A DNA stretch of 64,000 nucleotides from a virus. Below are positions 44,490 to 52,874 of this stretch, one piece after another. The DNA lies in the IMG/VR virus record IMGVR_UViG_3300030451_003374, positions 32,001 to 96,000 of that record, one strand, 5' to 3'. The notes beneath the pieces were generated by a model. It was given only the letters and a program-made list of their open reading frames with translations. It did no database searches and was not told the origin of the DNA. A program made the position numbers and the translations under genes. Every line of letters starts with the position of its first letter. Position 1 is the stretch's first letter.

Positions 44490-45142
44490 ATGAAAATGTT
44501 TCTTGCTTCGGAACCCATACATTCAAATGGTTTCCATGTCTCCTCTTTGACTACGTATGGATCAACCCACCAGTCTTCGTATGGATTTGATCCGTTACAT
44601 ACACTAGAACATACTAACACATATCCTTTCTCTGTCAAGTATTTTCTTGACGCATCCATGATACCAAAACCATCTTTGTATGCATCATGTTCAAAGGTTA
44701 TAACACTACATCTGTACTCATCTAGTGGAAACTTTTTCAGCACATCAAATGTTATGTTAGGTGGTTCACAGTCAAGAGAAAGGTAGTCTATTCTACCTTG
44801 CCACTTCTCTTTCTTGATTGCTTCCTCGTAATCAAACACTGTACCATCTGCTTCATAGCAATGGTTCTGTCTTGCCATGTCTCCATTGAAGACTTCACAC
44901 ATTGCTCTCTCTATTTCAATAGAGAATCCTCTCCATTCAAATACAGTCTCTAATAAGAATGTGTTACTCATACTTTGAGGATGGTTTGCACCAACCTCAA
45001 CGTACTTACCATTCCTCTTACCCTTCAGCATAGACAGAACAAACAAGTCCTGATATGCTTGAGAGTAATTTTCAAATACTTTAGTGTGTCCACTGAAAGG
45101 ATGCTTTAGTGTATCCTTTTCATAATTATAGGTTGTATTCAT
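44486..45142 (-). CDS. FkbM-like methyltransferase
   Basis: YSQAYQD..YVEVGA..SNT..LE..W.G..IE..IDYLSLDCE. Confidence 0.7.
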   Translation of the reverse strand: MNTTYNYEKDTLKHPFSGHTKVFENYSQAYQDLFVLSMLKGKRNGKYVEVGANHPQSMSNTFLLETVFEWRGFSIEIERAMCEVFNGDMARQNHCYEADGTVFDYEEAIKKEKWQGRIDYLSLDCEPPNITFDVLKKFPLDEYRCSVITFEHDAYKDGFGIMDASRKYLTEKGYVLVCSSVCNGSNPYEDWWVDPYVVKEETWKPFECMGSEARNIFI

Positions 45143-46272
45143 TTGCTACAGTTACCATAAGACAGATACTTCTTACCAGTTATATCATGCTCTGCATCAA
45201 CAGGGTACATGTCCTTAGTAATCTGTGACATGATCCAGTTGTATGTCTTACTCATTCCCTCTTCAAGTGTTGTACTATAATCCCAACCTAACTTCTCTCT
45301 GATAAGATCGTTGTTAGAGTTTCTACCTCTTACACCTGTGTGTGGTACATCAATATGATCCTTACCAATTTCTTTCTTGGCAACTTTAGCAGCAGTATCT
45401 ACTAACTGATCAATGGTTACCATCTCTTCTGACCCTATGTTTATGGGAGCAGTCCACGTTCCTTCCATGAGTCTACGTGTTGCTTCAATACATTCATCGA
45501 TGAAGAGGAAGCTTCTTGTTTGAAGTCCATCTCCCCATACTTCAATTGAGTCTCCACTGGTAGCGTACGCCACTTTTCTACAGATAGCTGCGGGAGCTTT
45601 TTCTCTTCCACCGTACCAAGTTCCTTCTGGTCCGTAGATGTTATGATACCTCGCAATCCTAACATCGAAATTATGATTACGACTGTAAGCGAGATATAAC
45701 CTCTCGCTGAATAATTTTTCCCATCCATATTCAGAATCAGGTGCAGCAGGGTAAGCGGAATCCTCACGACAATCAGGATTATCTGGATCAAGTTGGTTGT
45801 ACTCAGGGTACATACAGGCAGAACTTGAATAGAATATTTTAGTTTTACCCACTACGTCAGGTACAGGTTGTAATAGACGTGGGTAACTTTCGTTCATCTC
45901 CTTTTGACATGATAGGAGATTTATGTTAATAAGAGCAGAGTTATGCATCAAGTCAGCATCATGCTCACCAGTAAAGATGTAACCAGCACCACCCATGTCG
46001 GCAGCAAACTGATAGATCTCATCGAATGGTTCCTCATACTGGAAGGGGACACTAGCATAGAAATTTCCAGTCTCTCCTCTAAAATGAATGACTCTTCTCA
46101 TGAAGTCTCTGTCTGTGAGATCTCCTGTGATAAACTCATTGGCAGCAGTATCAGAGAAGTCAGGGTGTTTGAGGTCAACACCTCTTACCCAATAACCTTC
46201 GCTTATCAATCTCTTTACCATATGTGAACCGATGAACCCACCGGCACCAAGCACTAATGCTCTCTTTTTCAT
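45139..46272 (-). CDS. NAD-dependent epimerase, GDP-mannose 3',5'-epimerase-like
   Basis: GAGGFIGSH, FAADMGGAG, YSSSACMYP, PDSEYGWEKL, GREKAPAAICRK, GDGLQTRSF, GVRGRNS. Confidence 0.85.
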   Translation of the reverse strand: MKKRALVLGAGGFIGSHMVKRLISEGYWVRGVDLKHPDFSDTAANEFITGDLTDRDFMRRVIHFRGETGNFYASVPFQYEEPFDEIYQFAADMGGAGYIFTGEHDADLMHNSALININLLSCQKEMNESYPRLLQPVPDVVGKTKIFYSSSACMYPEYNQLDPDNPDCREDSAYPAAPDSEYGWEKLFSERLYLAYSRNHNFDVRIARYHNIYGPEGTWYGGREKAPAAICRKVAYATSGDSIEVWGDGLQTRSFLFIDECIEATRRLMEGTWTAPINIGSEEMVTIDQLVDTAAKVAKKEIGKDHIDVPHTGVRGRNSNNDLIREKLGWDYSTTLEEGMSKTYNWIMSQITKDMYPVDAEHDITGKKYLSYGNCSK

Positions 46273-47573
46273 TTGTTTTCTTTGATATATTTTATTATAA
46301 CATGATCTATGTAGTCTAGCATGTCCACCGTAATAACTGGTGAACACCCTATAAAGAACACGTTGTCTAGAACTTCTGAAGCTCTGGGATAGTTTGATGC
46401 AGGTTCGATATGCCTATAAGCAGGATGCATAAGAATATTACCAGCAAAATAATTCCTCGTCTGGATTCCATGATCTTCTAGATACTTTACAAGGTGGTGT
46501 TTACCGTCCTTATATATTATCGGAACTCCAAACCAAGAGGTCTCAGCATGTTCTTTCTCTTCAACAACCCTGCAACCAGGAATTTGGTTGAAGACCTGAG
46601 TGAGTGCTCCTTTATTCATACGACGGACACAATGTATCTCTGTCTGCTTCTCCAACTGCACAAGTCCAATAGACCCTTGCAGATCGGCAGGCTTGAGGTT
46701 GTATCCTTGGACGCCAAAGACATACTTATGATCGACATCTTGGTCGTACCCTTCCAACCAGCGATCAAATCTCTTTCCACAGACACCGTTGGGCAATTTA
46801 TTTTGGGCACCTACACAGTAACATCCACGACCCCACCAAGCAAACGATCTGGCGATCTGAACTATCTCCTCGATATTAGAGGAGATCATTCCACCTTCAA
46901 TCGTGCAGATATGATGTGCTGGATAGAAAGAACAAGACGCTGCGACGGCTTTTTTAGTCAGCAACTCACCTCTCCACTTGCTACCCAAGGAGTCACAGTT
47001 GTCAGCGATGTAATGCAATCTGTTCCTATCAAGAATCTTAAAAAACTGATCGAAGTCATAGGGATTACCAAGAACAGGTGAAGAGAAAACAGCAACAGTT
47101 CTAGGTGTAAGTTTATCTTCTATCTGTTGTAGGTTCCAATTCAAATCTTCCATGTCTATGTCTACAAAGACAGGTTTCAATCCATTCTGAATGATAGGGT
47201 TGATAGTAGTAGGGAAACCACATGCACATACTATTATTTCATCTCCATCATGCCAATCAAAATATTTTTTCAACGCAGCAATCATCACTAGGTTAGCAGA
47301 CGAACCACTGTTGACCATGACAGAGTGCTTGAAGTCAAACTTCTTAGAGAATGCACGTTCAAACTTGTTGACATTCTCTCCTGCTGGCAACCACTTACCA
47401 CCTAGTAGTGTTGTAATAGCAGCAGTAACTTCTCTATTGTCCCAGTAAGGACCTGAGTAATAAATGGGATCGCCTGGTTTCCAATTCTTGTTTGGAAGAT
47501 AAGGCATGATATCATATCCACCTTTCTCAAGACTGAATATGAAGTTGTCGACCTGTTCTCCTAGGTTATACAT
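46269..47573 (-). CDS. rfbH: CDP-4-keto-6-deoxyglucose 3-dehydrase E1 (RfbH/DdhC)-like
   Basis: VNSGSSANL; SFYPAHHICTIEGG with His at the position of the usual PLP lysine; WGRGCYC..CGKRF Fe-S cysteine motif; GYNLK; TRNYFAGN. Confidence 0.85.
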   Translation of the reverse strand: MYNLGEQVDNFIFSLEKGGYDIMPYLPNKNWKPGDPIYYSGPYWDNREVTAAITTLLGGKWLPAGENVNKFERAFSKKFDFKHSVMVNSGSSANLVMIAALKKYFDWHDGDEIIVCACGFPTTINPIIQNGLKPVFVDIDMEDLNWNLQQIEDKLTPRTVAVFSSPVLGNPYDFDQFFKILDRNRLHYIADNCDSLGSKWRGELLTKKAVAASCSFYPAHHICTIEGGMISSNIEEIVQIARSFAWWGRGCYCVGAQNKLPNGVCGKRFDRWLEGYDQDVDHKYVFGVQGYNLKPADLQGSIGLVQLEKQTEIHCVRRMNKGALTQVFNQIPGCRVVEEKEHAETSWFGVPIIYKDGKHHLVKYLEDHGIQTRNYFAGNILMHPAYRHIEPASNYPRASEVLDNVFFIGCSPVITVDMLDYIDHVIIKYIKENK

Positions 47574-48379
47574 AAATCTTTGACAATAAATTCATTGGTA
47601 ATGTGCTGTGCAAAACCTAACTTCCTCAACTTAGATGTATCTAACCAGAAGTGTTGTGTCTGCACGTTGTTATGGAACTCTGGTGGATCAATGTTTATAA
47701 TCTCACCACGAGATCTTGTGAAGTGTTTAGCGAGTTCTACAATCTCACTAACCTTAGTGGGTTGTCCTGACCCTATGTTGTAGATTTCATTCAACTCACC
47801 CTTGTCCATAACAAGTTTCATTGCTCTACATACATCCTTGACATGCATTATATCACGACAATGAGATCCATTATCATATACTTTGATATCACGATCTTGT
47901 TTCAATTCATTTACCATCCATTGGATAGCATTCTTTTTCCTACTGGCATTAGTATCTCCTTCACCCATGACATTACATAGTCTCAGGATTCTATACTTCA
48001 TCCCCGTCGTTTGAGCGAAAGAAATGATAAGATCTTCTGCACACTTCTTGGTAATAGAATAAAATCCTGTTGGTTTGCAATCCGATACTTCTGTGGCGGG
48101 AAGTGCTCCCCCTTTTCCATAGACAAACCATGAGGAAACGAAGTTGAATGTGATGTCTTCTGATCTACAGAAGTCGAGTGTTTCACAAAGGACTCGAAGA
48201 TTTGTTTCGACATCCAAAGTGATCTGATCATGTACATTGTAGTTGTGTGTGGTTGAGATCATGTACAGGATGTCATTGTGCCTTGGCACTCTATCATCTC
48301 TCTCCTGTACTTCAACCTGTTCCTTGTATAGGTTTTTGAAATGCTTACCTATGAAACCGTGACCGTAAAGTGAAATCAT
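47561..48379 (-). CDS. NAD-dependent epimerase/dehydratase (possible 4-ketoreductase)
   Basis: GHGFIG, SSWFVYG, YSITKKCAE (YxxxK), RLCNV, YNIGSG. Confidence 0.8.
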   Translation of the reverse strand: MISLYGHGFIGKHFKNLYKEQVEVQERDDRVPRHNDILYMISTTHNYNVHDQITLDVETNLRVLCETLDFCRSEDITFNFVSSWFVYGKGGALPATEVSDCKPTGFYSITKKCAEDLIISFAQTTGMKYRILRLCNVMGEGDTNASRKKNAIQWMVNELKQDRDIKVYDNGSHCRDIMHVKDVCRAMKLVMDKGELNEIYNIGSGQPTKVSEIVELAKHFTRSRGEIINIDPPEFHNNVQTQHFWLDTSKLRKLGFAQHITNEFIVKDLCIT

Positions 48380-49320
48380 ACTAACTTTTCAAGATACCAT
48401 GTGATAGTAGCACGAATCCCTACTTCAAAATCTGTAGTAGGTCTCCATCCTGTGCGTTGTGTAATCTTACTATGATCCATTCCATATCGTTTGTCAATGC
48501 CAGGTCTTTCATTGCTGATACCAATCAGATCATGTGGTTTCTTCAGCATATCTAATATCATTATAGTAACATCTATATTTCTCTTCTCACATGATCCACC
48601 TACGTTGAAGTGATCGTTGATTATATTCTTCTCTTCCAGTTTCCATATTGCAGAACAATGATCGTAAACATATAACCAATCTCTTACTTGATGTCCACCT
48701 TGATGCATGTATGTAATCTTATTTCTAAACGCATTGTATATAACTTTAGGTATCAACTTCTCTACATGTTGATGAGGACCATAGTTGTTAGAGCAGTTAG
48801 TAATAAGGTAAGGTAGACCATAAGTGTTATGCCACGTCTTGACAAAATGGTCAGACGCTGCTTTGCTTGCTGAGTACGGATTTCTAGGGTCATATGGTGT
48901 TGTCTCCTTGAATAATACCTTGTCATAATATTCTAAAGAACCATACACTTCATCAGTAGATATGTGATGGAACTTCTCTACGTTATGTCTTAGACTGGCA
49001 TTCAATAAATTGATTGTGCCAATTACATTTGCTTCTAAGAAAGGTCTGTAGTTAGTTATACTATTATCAACGTGTGACTCAGCAGCGAAGTGAAATACTT
49101 TCTTGATCTTATACTTGTCAAAGATATAATTTACATTCTCCTCCTGTGATATATCACAGTACTCAAATATAAACTGATCATTGAGTGGCATGTATTGTTT
49201 GTCAGCAGCATAAGATAGGTTGTCAATGATGATAACCTGATCATCTACACCAGTATATTTTTTGAGATAGTGTAGGAAGTTACTGCCAATAAATCCTGCA
49301 CCACCTGTAACTAGGAACAT
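48376..49320 (-). CDS. rfbB: dTDP-glucose 4,6-dehydratase
   Basis: VTGGAGFIGSNF, HFAAESHVD, STDEVYG, PYSASKAASD, NCSNNYGP, RDWLYVYDH. Confidence 0.93.
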   Translation of the reverse strand: MFLVTGGAGFIGSNFLHYLKKYTGVDDQVIIIDNLSYAADKQYMPLNDQFIFEYCDISQEENVNYIFDKYKIKKVFHFAAESHVDNSITNYRPFLEANVIGTINLLNASLRHNVEKFHHISTDEVYGSLEYYDKVLFKETTPYDPRNPYSASKAASDHFVKTWHNTYGLPYLITNCSNNYGPHQHVEKLIPKVIYNAFRNKITYMHQGGHQVRDWLYVYDHCSAIWKLEEKNIINDHFNVGGSCEKRNIDVTIMILDMLKKPHDLIGISNERPGIDKRYGMDHSKITQRTGWRPTTDFEVGIRATITWYLEKLV

Positions 49321-49535
49321 AAGTCTATAAGTTTATCAATGTATGCTTTTGCCTTCTTTAGGTCTTGGACTTTATCGTCCTTGTATCCTGCACGACAGAC
49401 ATACTTCACTACATTACCAGTGAAGAAATCAAGTCCTTGATCTGCTATGAAATCCCAGACTTGTATCTTACCACGTTGGTAATGTGCAGGGTCTTCTGGT
49501 TTGAAATCATCTGGATTCATTAGTAGTGACCCCAT
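49311..49535 (-). CDS. DUF3310 family protein
   Basis: P.HY..G.I...DFI..F..GNVVKYVCRAG.K....DLKKA. Confidence 0.8.
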   Translation of the reverse strand: MGSLLMNPDDFKPEDPAHYQRGKIQVWDFIADQGLDFFTGNVVKYVCRAGYKDDKVQDLKKAKAYIDKLIDLCS

Positions 49536-49882
49536 GCAAAATGATCTACACGATTATAATCATCTTGTAGTCTTACAATATCATCTTCCTGACAGTCACC
49601 TCTTTGTACTTCTATAATTCTTATTCCCTTCTTACCACCCTGTATACGATGACGTTGTTCAACCTGTATGAAGAATGTATCACCAACTTTACATGGTGTC
49701 TCAAGATTACCTTGAGTTATTATACCGTCACCTTCTACAACAACCCAGTCCTCAGTGCGGTACCTATGAAATTGTAGAGAGATTCTCATCTCTGGTTCTA
49801 TGAACAGTTCTTTGACACAATAATTGTCACCCCTCCTCAAGACAGTGAAGTAACCCCATGGTCTTCTTTCTTTTTCAATCAT
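49520..49882 (-). CDS. Mannose-6-phosphate isomerase type II cupin domain
   Basis: RPWG.F..VKE..I.P..RISLQ.H..R.E.W.VV.G..HR..IEVQ.G...EDDIVRL.DDY.R. Confidence 0.85.
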   Translation of the reverse strand: MIEKERRPWGYFTVLRRGDNYCVKELFIEPEMRISLQFHRYRTEDWVVVEGDGIITQGNLETPCKVGDTFFIQVEQRHRIQGGKKGIRIIEVQRGDCQEDDIVRLQDDYNRVDHFAWGHY

Positions 49883-50109
49883 CCAATAAACCCCGTATTC
49901 AATAGATCATACTCCAAGTTCTCCATAATAACATCGTAATCTCTATCTCTATCATTGTAAAAGTAAATGTCCTGTGACTGATAGAAAGACTTTAGAGAAT
50001 CATAAAGATTAGGATGATCATACTCTAAGTCTATCTTATTTTCAACAGCAGATACAAGTAATTGAGATTTGTTTTTGAATCTCGAAAGAAAAGATCCCTT
50101 CTTCGACAT
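49879..50109 (-). CDS. Conserved cyanophage hypothetical protein
   Basis: FY.D.D.DYD.I..N pattern; preceded by TTGACA-N18-TATAAT (50161-50132). Confidence 0.6.
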   Translation of the reverse strand: MSKKGSFLSRFKNKSQLLVSAVENKIDLEYDHPNLYDSLKSFYQSQDIYFYNDRDRDYDVIMENLEYDLLNTGFIG

Positions 50110-50150
50110 TGTTTTTTGAACTAACGACATAATTATACTGTTCATTCACC

Positions 50151-50690
50151 TCAGTTGTCAAGGAAGTAATCATACTCATTTAGAGTGACCACATTGACGT
50201 TGATTGCTATCCGATATTCCTTTGTTTTAGATGGCAAAGGTGAGTGATAGTATGTAGCAGGGAAGATAAGGAGTTCACCTTCCACTGGTTTATGTATATA
50301 CTCTTCTCCACCCAATAAAAACATGATGTCACCTGACTGTGGTGGTTTCCGTAGGTAGAAGACAGTAGATATATCTTTCTTTACTTTCTCAGGCATGTGG
50401 TTGTGCATAAAACTCACAGTCCTATCTTGATTAGATACGTACGCCCAACTCTTATTGAATATTCTATCTGGTATATCTGCCTTAGGATATAGTGTTATAA
50501 CCTCTTGTTTTATTATATCAAACAGAGGTTGAAAGAATCCTAGATTGTTTGGTGCTATATCAAATACATATTCACCTCTCTTATAGTTTTTATTACTCCA
50601 CTTATGTTGTAGTATTAGTTTCTTGCAGAGCAGTTCTACATCATCTGCCCAGTCTAATCCTATATGTTTTGAGATTATATTATCTCTCAT
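50151..50690 (-). CDS. 2OG-Fe(II) oxygenase-like protein
   Basis: WAYVS..HNH..STVFYL..GELLIFPATYYHSP..RIAIN; likely start MRDNII. Confidence 0.7.
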   Translation of the reverse strand: MRDNIISKHIGLDWADDVELLCKKLILQHKWSNKNYKRGEYVFDIAPNNLGFFQPLFDIIKQEVITLYPKADIPDRIFNKSWAYVSNQDRTVSFMHNHMPEKVKKDISTVFYLRKPPQSGDIMFLLGGEEYIHKPVEGELLIFPATYYHSPLPSKTKEYRIAINVNVVTLNEYDYFLDN

Positions 50691-51213
50691 GTATGTCAGT
50701 ACTATTCTCTTTAGGTAGACCACAGAATATCTGAACACTCTTTCTATTACCAAATGATTCATTGACCATGATAGGTGTCACAGCATGATCTTCTCCCTGC
50801 TCATTTATCATAAGCATATTTCTTTGAGGGTGAATACACTTCAATTCACCAGTCAACTTCTCTCTCCACATGAATACACCACCCTTCTCTGGTTCCCATG
50901 TGTTTAGATATAATGTAGCACCATATAAACTTGCTTTATCATCATGCCAATTGATACCAGAACCTGGTAACCACAAGTGATAGTTTATGTTCGTAGGAAT
51001 TTGATCAAAGTATTGAGTCAACTGGTTACGGAGGTCATTGAACTGATAGACCTCTGGTCTGGATGAGAAACAATACTGTTTGAATCCTTTCGTTAGTTTC
51101 TCATCCCACTTCCATTTACTTATACCCCATACGTCTTGCTTCCTCTTCCTATTCATCTCATCGAGGCATCTGTCGATGAGTTCTTCTGATACTGCGTTAT
51201 GAATGATTCGCAT
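50680..51213 (-). CDS. 2OG-Fe(II) oxygenase
   Basis: GSGINWHDD..TLYLN.W....GG.F..HAVTP..RKSVQIF. Confidence 0.8.
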   Translation of the reverse strand: MRIIHNAVSEELIDRCLDEMNRKRKQDVWGISKWKWDEKLTKGFKQYCFSSRPEVYQFNDLRNQLTQYFDQIPTNINYHLWLPGSGINWHDDKASLYGATLYLNTWEPEKGGVFMWREKLTGELKCIHPQRNMLMINEQGEDHAVTPIMVNESFGNRKSVQIFCGLPKENSTDIHER

Positions 51214-51856
51214 TTGCTATGCTCTCTAGGTCTGCATTGAATAGTTCTAACCCCTTGTCAGTCAAGATGTGGTTGTACATCTTTTCAAATACTGATGGTG
51301 GCATTGTAACTATGTCAGCACCTCTAGCGAATGAACCAGACACACCAGACACATCTCTAATAGATGCAGATAGTATCTCTGTAGCACTCACACCTTGTAC
51401 TGAGAATATGTTACTGATCTCTTGAATCAATTCTAATCCATCTACAGAGTTGTCATTCAATCTACCAACGAAAGGAGAAACATACTTTGCTCCTGCCTTT
51501 GCTGCAAGGATTGCCTGTGCTGCTGAGAATATCAAAGTTACATTTACATTTATAAGATTTCTTTTCAACTCTCTGCATACCCATAGACCTTCAACAGTAC
51601 ATGGAACCTTGATGGTTGCAACCTTTCCGAACAGAGTAGAGAGTCTCTTACCTTCTTCTACCATCTCCATAGCATTACCACCAACTTCCATGCTGATGTC
51701 AGTGAGTCCTAACTCTGCTAACTCTTCATAGACTTTGATGGGATCTCTACCACTCTTACGTATAAGTGTTGGGTTTGTTGTGACACCGTCTATAAGACCA
51801 GTGACATAGTGCTTGTTGATCACTTCTGTGTCAGCAGTGTCAAGAAAAATTCTCAT
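51197..51856 (-). CDS. talC: Phage transaldolase (TalC family)
   Basis: IFLDTAD..GVTTNPTLI..IKVPCT..NVTLIFS..YVSPFVGR..LSASIR. Confidence 0.95.
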   Translation of the reverse strand: MRIFLDTADTEVINKHYVTGLIDGVTTNPTLIRKSGRDPIKVYEELAELGLTDISMEVGGNAMEMVEEGKRLSTLFGKVATIKVPCTVEGLWVCRELKRNLINVNVTLIFSAAQAILAAKAGAKYVSPFVGRLNDNSVDGLELIQEISNIFSVQGVSATEILSASIRDVSGVSGSFARGADIVTMPPSVFEKMYNHILTDKGLELFNADLESIANANHS

Positions 51857-51922
51857 GTTTCTAGGTATTTTTATCGTTGGATATATATTATCATAAATAC
51901 GGCTAGAATGCTACGTATAAGA

Positions 51923-52414
51923 ATGAAAAAACTTATTCCTTTTATTATGTTAGCGTTAGCTGCTCCGATGACTGCTCGTGCAGACATTACTCACAGACTG
52001 TCATCAAGTGTTCAGTTACAAGTGAACGCAGCAGCAACACAGGTTGAGAGGATCGGATCCTCATTCTCGATAACGGGTAACGGTGTCGATACAACAGATG
52101 GTACAACAGCTGGTACTGTTTCGGTTGGTACTATAACTTCAGGTGTTTATGCTCCTGGTACTATAGCAGCAACTCAGGATGTACCTGGTGCAGCTTTCAG
52201 CTTTACCCAGTCATACACTCAAGCAGATGCTGTTTCAACATCAGCACCAACAGTAGGTACTGTAGGAAACTTCAGTAACCAAACTTCAACTGCTGCTGGT
52301 ACAAAAGACACACTCGCTGGAACTATAACCAGTGCAGGGGTTATGACACTAACTGCTGGTGGTGCAGGTACTTCAGCTACAGGACAGCATGTCACTGAAC
52401 TTACTATAAGATAA
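51923..52414 (+). CDS. Secreted Ser/Thr/Gly-rich protein
   Basis: Signal-peptide-like MKKLIPFIMLALAAPMTARA then beta-rich T/G/A/S sequence; ATAAATA late promoter at 51893. Confidence 0.75.
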   Translation: MKKLIPFIMLALAAPMTARADITHRLSSSVQLQVNAAATQVERIGSSFSITGNGVDTTDGTTAGTVSVGTITSGVYAPGTIAATQDVPGAAFSFTQSYTQADAVSTSAPTVGTVGNFSNQTSTAAGTKDTLAGTITSAGVMTLTAGGAGTSATGQHVTELTIR

Positions 52415-52430
52415 GGAGTTATGGTAACAA

Positions 52431-52874
52431 ATGAACTTGTATCGTGCGATAACTGTCAGTGCACTTGTCCTTGCGACTGCACCGACTGCGATTGCAGTCC
52501 CTGTGGTCCCTAACTTCACACAGGGCTCGATGACCAGCCACACGGAGACGACGTCTACCGTGACAGAGACCATTAATTCTATGGATTACTCGACAGGCTG
52601 GACATACTCGGTAACGGGGACAAACGTACAACACGATGGCACGAGCATATCTCCTGATGTGGGGAGTGCTCAATCTAATACTTTGAATGGAGTGACTTCA
52701 TCATGGACTGGTTTAGACTTAGAACAAAAACCAAACTGGACACAGCAAAACGTAGGACAATCGTTCCAATTCACGGAGCACTACAATGGCCCAGGCTTAC
52801 AGACACAGACAATAATACAAAGAACAACAACAATACAAAGCGTCACAGATACAACCTCAATCTTCAGTCAATAA
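52431..52874 (+). CDS. Secreted Thr-rich protein
   Basis: Signal-peptide-like ..ITVSALVLATAPTAIA then VPVVPNFTQGSMTSHTET..GQSFQFTE.Y.GPG. Confidence 0.75.
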   Translation: MNLYRAITVSALVLATAPTAIAVPVVPNFTQGSMTSHTETTSTVTETINSMDYSTGWTYSVTGTNVQHDGTSISPDVGSAQSNTLNGVTSSWTGLDLEQKPNWTQQNVGQSFQFTEHYNGPGLQTQTIIQRTTTIQSVTDTTSIFSQ

